Positions 57,564 to 64,000 of a stretch of DNA of 64,000 nucleotides are shown piece after piece. How positions within the stretch are numbered: position 1 is the stretch's first letter; the number at the start of each line of letters is the position of its first letter. A model generated the notes under the pieces. That model saw nothing but the letters and a program-made list of their open reading frames with translations, was not told the DNA's origin and did not search any database. Source of the DNA: Bacteroidia bacterium (GTDB lineage Bacteria; Bacteroidota; Bacteroidia; AKYH767-A; OLB10); NCBI GenBank assembly GCA_023262505.1, contig JALRAP010000005.1:56-64055 (forward strand), in the 5' to 3' direction. The position numbers were made by a program, and so were the translations under genes.

Positions 57564-57634
57564 TTTGACTTCGAATTAAAATTTGAGTGTGCAAAGGTAA
57601 TAATCCCTGAAGGATTTTACAAACGGATAATGAA

Positions 57635-59071
57635 TTATTTGAGTGAATCGAAAAGACTGGGCTCAGCCATCAGTTTTTCTAAGTCGGCTACCTTCCGGGG
57701 AAGCTTGCCTGACATATTAACCGGCTCATTATCAGTTATCAAAATATCATCTTCGATTCGAACGCCAATATTCCACCACTTCTTGTCGCAGGGGGAACCT
57801 GCGGGAATATAAATGCCAGGCTCCACGGTAATCACTTGTCCGGGCTGCAGTGGACCATATGTTCCGGCATCGTGAACCTCCAAACCCAAGTAATGGCTGC
57901 TGCCGTGATTGAAATATCGTCGAACAGCGGATTTTTCTTTGATAATACCTAGGTCTAGGAGCCCCTTTGCGATGATTTCCGTGGCAGCTTGGTGTGGATC
58001 GTAAAAACCTTTGCCCTTGCGGCAAGCTTGGATGCCAGCCTCCTGGGCTTTCAATACCAATTCGTAAATAGCTCTTTGCTCTGGATTAAACTTACCAGAC
58101 ACGGGAACGGTTCGTGTAACATCTGCCGTGTATCCATGATATTCGGCTCCCATATCCATCAATAACATGTCATCGGGCCCCAGACGCTTGCGGTTGGTAA
58201 CATAATGGAGCACGCAGGTATTTTCACCTCCTCCCGAGATGGAGCCATAACCGGGATATTCAGATCCGCGATGCTTGAAATAAAACTCCACAATGGCTTG
58301 AGCCTGATACTCGGTCATACCGGGCTTGGCTGCACGAATGGCCTCAGCAAGACCTTCGCAAGTAATGTCGATGGCCTTCTGCATCAGCACTAGCTCCTCC
58401 ATCGACTTATTCTGGCGCAAGGCACCCATACTAGTTAACAAGGGAGCCTCCGAGATTTCAATCTTATTCGATTCTGCCCGTTCTTTCAATTGCCAAACCA
58501 AGCCACCCAGCTTACCCCGCAATGATTTGCTTTCGCGGATATCGACTGGAAACTTGGCCCATACTTTCGAAAAATCTGCGATGTTGGTTAAGTACTTGTT
58601 GAATTCCGTATTCGACAAAACTTCCTCTATGCCCAAACGCTGCTTCGCTTCTTCAAAATCCAGCCTGCGACCCGTCCATACCTCTTGTGCCGAATCGCGG
58701 CCCATGATGAAGAGCACTTCCTTAACATTCTTTCCGTTTATTTCCGTGGCACTCTTAAACAACATCAGCACCGCATTCTCCTCCATCAATCCTGTTAGAT
58801 AGTACAGGTCCGGGTCTTGGATATATTGGTAATCGACATCGTTGGTACGCACGCGCATCGGATTGGAAAACAAAAAAGCCACCGAATTTTCGGGCATCAT
58901 TTTCCGCAATGCTTCCCGCCTACCTGCATGGAATTCGGGCTTCAGCAAATCGGTATCATAAAAATTCTGCTGGGCGTTAACCGGTACAGACAAAAGGGCT
59001 TCAGCCAAAAGAAAAAGGACCAGGAAGACCCTTAGCGAAACAGCTAATATGGCTTTCCTGATCCTTTGCAT
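57635..59071 (-). CDS. Xaa-Pro aminopeptidase (M24B) with predicted signal peptide
   Basis: DMGAEYHGYTADVTRT, HYLGLEVHD, TVEPGIY and GVRIEDD motifs. Confidence 0.92.
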   Translation of the reverse strand: MQRIRKAILAVSLRVFLVLFLLAEALLSVPVNAQQNFYDTDLLKPEFHAGRREALRKMMPENSVAFLFSNPMRVRTNDVDYQYIQDPDLYYLTGLMEENAVLMLFKSATEINGKNVKEVLFIMGRDSAQEVWTGRRLDFEEAKQRLGIEEVLSNTEFNKYLTNIADFSKVWAKFPVDIRESKSLRGKLGGLVWQLKERAESNKIEISEAPLLTSMGALRQNKSMEELVLMQKAIDITCEGLAEAIRAAKPGMTEYQAQAIVEFYFKHRGSEYPGYGSISGGGENTCVLHYVTNRKRLGPDDMLLMDMGAEYHGYTADVTRTVPVSGKFNPEQRAIYELVLKAQEAGIQACRKGKGFYDPHQAATEIIAKGLLDLGIIKEKSAVRRYFNHGSSHYLGLEVHDAGTYGPLQPGQVITVEPGIYIPAGSPCDKKWWNIGVRIEDDILITDNEPVNMSGKLPRKVADLEKLMAEPSLFDSLK

Positions 59072-59092
59072 GGGATCGGATGTTTTAACCGA

Positions 59093-59326
59093 TTAAAGTT
59101 TACCCGTCTTAAGCACCTGGCTGATGCAAGCGGAAATGCCTTTCTTGTTGATGGTGCGGATAGCAGAGGTAGAAACCTTCAATGTAATCCACTCACCTGT
59201 CTCAGGCATATAGAACTTCTTCAATTGCAAATTCGGATTGAACCTGCGCTTGGTTTTCTTATTGGAGAAGGAAACGCTGTTTCCTACGATTGACTTCTTT
59301 CCGGTAAGGTCACAAATTTTGGACAT
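59093..59326 (-). CDS. rpmB: 50S ribosomal protein L28
   Basis: MSKICDLTGK...GNSVSFSNKKTKRRFNPNL. Confidence 0.97.
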   Translation of the reverse strand: MSKICDLTGKKSIVGNSVSFSNKKTKRRFNPNLQLKKFYMPETGEWITLKVSTSAIRTINKKGISACISQVLKTGKL

Positions 59327-59396
59327 GACTCAATTTTTCTTTTTGGGAGGGCAAAGATAGGGTTAAACCGTCAAAATGACAAGGGATTACGAAAAA

Positions 59397-60644
59397 TTAC
59401 ACCGAACCCGATTCCGTAATGGCATCCCGTAACATCTTGAAGGCCATAAAAGCCGTCATCTGTATGTTTCTCAGTCGGTTATCACCAAACCTGAACATCT
59501 TGGCCTGGGTACCAAATGGTCCCGAAAGGGCGATCCAAACGGTTCCAACGGGTTTTTCGGGGCTACCGCCACCCGGACCGGCTATTCCTGTGGTGGCAAT
59601 AGACCAGGTGGTTTTGAGCTTTGAACGAATCCCTTCCGCCATGGCACGAGCCACGTCTTCACTTACGGCCCCTTGGGACCTGATTATATCGGCGTCAACT
59701 CCCAAAAAGGTGGACTTTACTTCGTTATCATATGAAACCGACGAACCCATATACCAAATGGAACTGCCTGGGACGGTAGTAATCAGATGTGAGATATATC
59801 CGCCTGTGCAACTCTCTGCAACAGAAATCGTTTGGTTTCGAATGCGCAACATCTCTCCTATGGCTTGCTCGGGCGCTGAATCTCCTCGAGAAAACAAGTA
59901 AGGTTGTACCAAGGAAGCAAGGTCATCCATCAAGTGCGCCATGGCGCTTGAATCGTTCGTGCCTGCATCGTAGCAACTCAATCGAAGTCGTACAAGACCT
60001 GGCGAAGGCAGATAAGCCAATGTATAACGGGTGGGTAATTCTGATTCCCACTTTGACAACAAATCAGACAAGTGCGATTCTGGAATACCCATGGTGGTCA
60101 GGATATGGTGAACAACTTCGGGCAAGGCGAACCGGTTGCGCAATCTTGGAATCACAAAATCATCCATCATGGCCTTCATTTCGTAAGGCACTCCAGGCAT
60201 CGACACCAAAATCCTACCGTTTTCATCAAACCACATACCGGGAGCCGTACCATGATGGTTTGGAATGGTTGTGCATTTATCGGGAACATTTGCCTGGTCG
60301 CGGTTGGTGTCGCTCAATACCCGTCCCCTGGCAGAGAAGTAGGCCTCCATCCGCGCAAGCGTTTGCTCATCTACCACCAAACCACACTCGTAAATTGCAC
60401 ATAAAACGTCGCGAGTCTTGTCATCCTTGGTTGGACCCAAACCGCCAGTCAGCAAAACGATATCGCTGCGAACGAGCGCCTCCTTGATCACCCCGGTCAT
60501 CTGCGCTGGGATATCCCCCACGGTTTGCTTCCGAACCACTCGCACACCCGCTTCATTCAGTCTCTGAGCCATCCAAGAGCTGTTGGTATCAATGACCTGT
60601 CCAATCAATAGTTCGTCGCCGATTGTGATGATTTCCGCATTCAT
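59397..60644 (-). CDS. cinA: Competence/damage-inducible protein CinA (NMN deamidase domain)
   Basis: IGDELLIG..DTNS, GGLGPTKDD, AESCTGG and TGIAGP motifs; start placed at MNAE. Confidence 0.93.
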   Translation of the reverse strand: MNAEIITIGDELLIGQVIDTNSSWMAQRLNEAGVRVVRKQTVGDIPAQMTGVIKEALVRSDIVLLTGGLGPTKDDKTRDVLCAIYECGLVVDEQTLARMEAYFSARGRVLSDTNRDQANVPDKCTTIPNHHGTAPGMWFDENGRILVSMPGVPYEMKAMMDDFVIPRLRNRFALPEVVHHILTTMGIPESHLSDLLSKWESELPTRYTLAYLPSPGLVRLRLSCYDAGTNDSSAMAHLMDDLASLVQPYLFSRGDSAPEQAIGEMLRIRNQTISVAESCTGGYISHLITTVPGSSIWYMGSSVSYDNEVKSTFLGVDADIIRSQGAVSEDVARAMAEGIRSKLKTTWSIATTGIAGPGGGSPEKPVGTVWIALSGPFGTQAKMFRFGDNRLRNIQMTAFMAFKMLRDAITESGSV

Positions 60645-60735
60645 GCTGCAAAGATGCGGCAATATATTTTCTGTGATCATGACTTTTGGCAAAAGAATTG
60701 CATAAGAGGGTTTACAAATCAGATATATTTGTCAA

Positions 60736-61488
60736 ATGAAAAGCCACAAAGTCATGAAAACGAATCGTTTTTTCTTTGCACTATGCATTATCGCAAGCCT
60801 GTTTTCGGCGTTCAAAGTCAACGCGCAAGTCAATATCAACAACGCACTAAACGCTTTAAACCCGAACCTCGGACAAGGCTTGTCGAATGACAAAATCGTG
60901 AGCGGACTGAAGGAAGCCTTGACCCGCGGATCCAACAACTCATCCACCAAAGCGTCCAAGGTTGATGGCTTCTATAAAAACCCTGCTATCAAAATCCCTT
61001 TCCCGAAGGAAGCCCAGGACATGGAAAGAACACTCAAAAGCATAGGCATGCAAAAGCAGGTAGATGCATTTGTGAAATCTTTGAATCGGGCGGCTGAAGA
61101 TGCAGCCAAAAAGGCTGCTCCTGTTTTCATCAAAGCCATCACATCCATGACCATTAATGATGGACTGAATATTTTGCGTGGCGGCGACCATTCTGCCACC
61201 AATTTCCTGCAGGGCAAAACAACTCCAGACTTGAAAAAAGAGTTCAGTCCGATTGTCAAATCATCATTGGCCAAAGTGCAGGTCACTAAGTACTGGAATC
61301 CATTGGCCAAAAACTACAACAAGATCCCCACCGTGAAAAAATTGAATCCGAATTTGGAGGAATATGTCACGGCCAAAGCCATCGAGGGACTTTTCAAATT
61401 AGTCGCTGAAGAAGAGGCCAAAATCCGCAAGGACCCTGTTGCAACGGGCTCTGCTTTACTGCAGGAAGTTTTCGGAATAAAACCTTAA
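60736..61488 (+). CDS. DUF4197 domain protein
   Basis: GLKEAL, LNRAAE and EEAKIRKDP...LLQEVF motifs. Start at 60736 or 60754. Confidence 0.9.
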   Translation: MKSHKVMKTNRFFFALCIIASLFSAFKVNAQVNINNALNALNPNLGQGLSNDKIVSGLKEALTRGSNNSSTKASKVDGFYKNPAIKIPFPKEAQDMERTLKSIGMQKQVDAFVKSLNRAAEDAAKKAAPVFIKAITSMTINDGLNILRGGDHSATNFLQGKTTPDLKKEFSPIVKSSLAKVQVTKYWNPLAKNYNKIPTVKKLNPNLEEYVTAKAIEGLFKLVAEEEAKIRKDPVATGSALLQEVFGIKP

Positions 61489-62372
61489 AAACGTACGGTT
61501 ATTTTATCGGGATCCACTTCCGTGGGATGGATACTCAACACCGGAATCCTGGAGTTGTTCACCACACGCGTGGCATAAGTGCCTAATAAGAATCCAGTGA
61601 TGGATGGCTCTTGCTCGGTCATGATCACCAACAAATCCGCGCCCAACTCTTCTGTGGCACGCATGGTAATTCCTGCCAAGTCGTTACCCTCCTTGTAAAC
61701 GGTTTCATAATCGAGGCCATGGTTCACCACATAGTCTTCCACCTGCTCCACTTTGATTTTGAACCTTCGGATTAATTCCTCACCGCTGAAGTTGATGATG
61801 CCAAGTAATATGATTTGCGCTCCATAAAACTGAGCCAATCCAACGGCAAAAGGAACTTTCTGACGGGACTCAGCAGATTCGTCAATGGGTAGAACAATCT
61901 TTTTGAATCCTAAACCAGTGGCATGGGTTTGCACAGACAATACCGGACAAGGCGCCTCTTGAACAACACGGGACGTATTGGTGCCAAGTGAAAACTTTTG
62001 ATAGCCATTAGCTCCATGTGTACCCATGATAATGAGGTCGGCCTTCCATTCATTGGCTACCTCATTTATTTTGCGGTAAACCCTTCCCACTTCGGTACGG
62101 ATAGTTACAGTCAAGCCCGATTTGGCGTGCACCTCATCGGCGTAAGCCTGCAGTTTCTCGACTGAAGCAGACTCGATTTTCTTTTCGACGCCACCCAATG
62201 CCTGGCTGATTGCCGTGGTGAAAGAAACCTGCTCCACAATGTGCAGCAGTAGAATTTCAGCCTTTACAAGCTTGGCCATGAACAGACCATGCTCCATGCT
62301 GAGCTCTGCGGTTTCAGAGAAATCGAAGGGAATCAGGATGCGGTTAACGAGTTCTGGATCGGGACGTGCCAT
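61485..62372 (-). CDS. Universal stress protein (two USP domains)
   Basis: ILIPFDFS, DLIIMGTHG and LGTNTSRVV..APCPVL motifs. Confidence 0.92.
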   Translation of the reverse strand: MARPDPELVNRILIPFDFSETAELSMEHGLFMAKLVKAEILLLHIVEQVSFTTAISQALGGVEKKIESASVEKLQAYADEVHAKSGLTVTIRTEVGRVYRKINEVANEWKADLIIMGTHGANGYQKFSLGTNTSRVVQEAPCPVLSVQTHATGLGFKKIVLPIDESAESRQKVPFAVGLAQFYGAQIILLGIINFSGEELIRRFKIKVEQVEDYVVNHGLDYETVYKEGNDLAGITMRATEELGADLLVIMTEQEPSITGFLLGTYATRVVNNSRIPVLSIHPTEVDPDKITVRF

Positions 62373-62384
62373 GGAATTCGGTTT

Positions 62385-63266
62385 TTATTGGATGGTGAAG
62401 GTGGTGGTATCCTTCCTAGGCATTGGCCTGATGGAAAGTACCGGCACCTCCGACCGGTTGATGATTTCCTGCGCGGCCGAGGAGATAAACAGGTCGGTAA
62501 ATCCTACCTCCTGTTGAGTCATGATCATGATCAGGTCCGATTGTGTTCTTTCGGCAACCTTCAAGATCTCGTCCACCACATCGCCACCTTTGACGAACTC
62601 ACTCGTGCATTGAATGCCGGCCTCCTGAATGTGATCCGATACTTGATCCATTTGTCTGGTGAGCTTGTTGTTGATGAACTCATCCTTGCTCTCTACAATG
62701 GTCACAATGTGGATCACGGAACCGAACATCCGGGCGATGTTGATGGCCTTGTTGACCTTCTCTTTGGTCTCCTTGGTTAAATCCAAAGGTAAAAGAATAT
62801 GTTTAATTCCAAAACGGTGTTCTTTTCCTTTGATGGTGATGACTGGACAAACCGCCTCCCTTACCACACGGCTCGCATTTGAGCCCAAAATCCGCTTCTT
62901 CAATCCAACGGCACCCATGGTTCCCATGATGATGAGTCCGGCATCCTCCTCGGCCGACACGTCCACGATAGCGTCATAAATCTTGCCTTCCATGATTCGG
63001 GTATTCACTTTCACACCCGATTCCTGGCGGATTTGAGCAGCCAAATCATCGAGTTGCTGTTTCACCCCAGCCAAATGCTGCTCCTGCAGATCGCTCTTAG
63101 AGAAGATCTTGGATTGCAAAACATTCATCAGGTCGTTGTCAATGACATGCAGCAATGTAAGCTCAGAATTGGTCAGCTTGGCCATGTTAAAAGATTGCCT
63201 TACGGCGATGAGAGACTGCTCGCCGAAGTCGACGGGAATGATGATTTGGTAGGTTTTATTGCTCAT
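62385..63266 (-). CDS. Universal stress protein (two USP domains)
   Basis: IIIPVDFG, LIIMGTMG and LGSNASRVV...CPVI motifs; start placed at MSNK. Confidence 0.9.
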   Translation of the reverse strand: MSNKTYQIIIPVDFGEQSLIAVRQSFNMAKLTNSELTLLHVIDNDLMNVLQSKIFSKSDLQEQHLAGVKQQLDDLAAQIRQESGVKVNTRIMEGKIYDAIVDVSAEEDAGLIIMGTMGAVGLKKRILGSNASRVVREAVCPVITIKGKEHRFGIKHILLPLDLTKETKEKVNKAINIARMFGSVIHIVTIVESKDEFINNKLTRQMDQVSDHIQEAGIQCTSEFVKGGDVVDEILKVAERTQSDLIMIMTQQEVGFTDLFISSAAQEIINRSEVPVLSIRPMPRKDTTTFTIQ

Positions 63267-63306
63267 TATCAGGGTTAAATGTAACTTCGCAAAGTTACGA
63301 AAACCC

Positions 63307-64000
63307 ATGATGAAACAGATTCCCGAATCCGAACTGATCCTGAACCCCGACGGCAGTGTTTACCACCTGAACCTGCATCCCGAAGAATTGGCTGATACCG
63401 TAATCAATGTGGGCGACCCCGACCGGGTGGCCAAGGTGAGTTCCTTTTTCGACACAATTGAAGTCCGAAAGCAAAAGCGTGAGTTTGTGACCCACACCGG
63501 AACCTACCGCGGGAAACGCATGACTGTGCTGTCGACCGGCATCGGCACCGACAACATCGATATCGTTTACAACGAACTCGATTCGCTGGTGAACATCGAT
63601 TTGAAGAAGCGTGTGATCAAAGACGAGAAAACAAGTCTCCAATTGGTTCGCATCGGCACCTCCGGTTCGTTACAGGGCGACATCCCTGCTGATGCTTTTG
63701 TCTGCTCCCGCTATGGTCTTGGATTAGATGGACTGCTCAACTTTTATCACCAGCAAAATACCGAGGAGGAGAAGCAATTGCTGGCAGCATTCGATACTCA
63801 TTTCCCCAACGAAGGTCGTTTCCCTGCCAACTACATCTACAGATCGGATGATGCCTTGTTCAATGCATTGTCGCCAGGCATGCATTCGGGTATCACGGCC
63901 TCCTGTTCTGGTTTTTATGGTCCACAGGGAAGGATGTTGCGATTGCAGCCTTACCGCCACGACATCATCGAGCGGCTGAGCGCTTTCGAGCACAACGGTG
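63307..64000 (+). CDS. Nucleoside (uridine) phosphorylase family, truncated by the window edge
   Basis: Manual translation: MMKQIPESELILNPDGSVYHLNL...VGDPDRV...KREF...STGIGTDN...RIGTSG...GFYGPQGR. Not in the ORF track. Confidence 0.9.
   Translation, partial: MMKQIPESELILNPDGSVYHLNLHPEELADTVINVGDPDRVAKVSSFFDTIEVRKQKREFVTHTGTYRGKRMTVLSTGIGTDNIDIVYNELDSLVNIDLKKRVIKDEKTSLQLVRIGTSGSLQGDIPADAFVCSRYGLGLDGLLNFYHQQNTEEEKQLLAAFDTHFPNEGRFPANYIYRSDDALFNALSPGMHSGITASCSGFYGPQGRMLRLQPYRHDIIERLSAFEHNG

Noticed and set aside
61485-63266. Tandem USP genes as a novel system
   Set aside because: USP tandem arrays are common in Bacteroidota.

Overview
Bacteroidota chromosome segment, based on T9SS cargo/PorP genes, TAnnTTTG promoters, a short RpoD-type sigma and the cinA-rpmB-rpmG-DUF4295-ftsY-rimO order. 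From ~2 kb to 64 kb it is gene-dense core and envelope DNA. It contains two T9SS type-B cargo proteins with a PorP/SprF and a PorE-like partner, DUF47-PiT, ldh-nusB-yajC-coaE, nnr, SRP RNA, aroC-AsmA-OmpA, DPP-IV, the bacillithiol genes ytxJ and bshC, ribosomal genes and tandem USPs. The first ~1.8 kb looks like the right end of an integrated element. It holds a partial HYC_CC_PP gene, a possible integron-type GTTRRRY site, a long palindrome and a displaced tRNA-Ser 3' end (att scar). These are followed by three 81-nt hairpin-rich repeats that can fold back on the terminator. Other notable items are a stand-alone NO synthase oxygenase, a PiT transporter with a SecF-like insert, a sigma factor with an R->K change in region 4.2, three tandem DUF4412-like paralogs, and an exported aminopeptidase P that splits rpmB from rpmG. 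No CRISPR, intact tRNA/rRNA, integrase or transposase was seen. All calls come from motif recognition by eye; no database searches were run.
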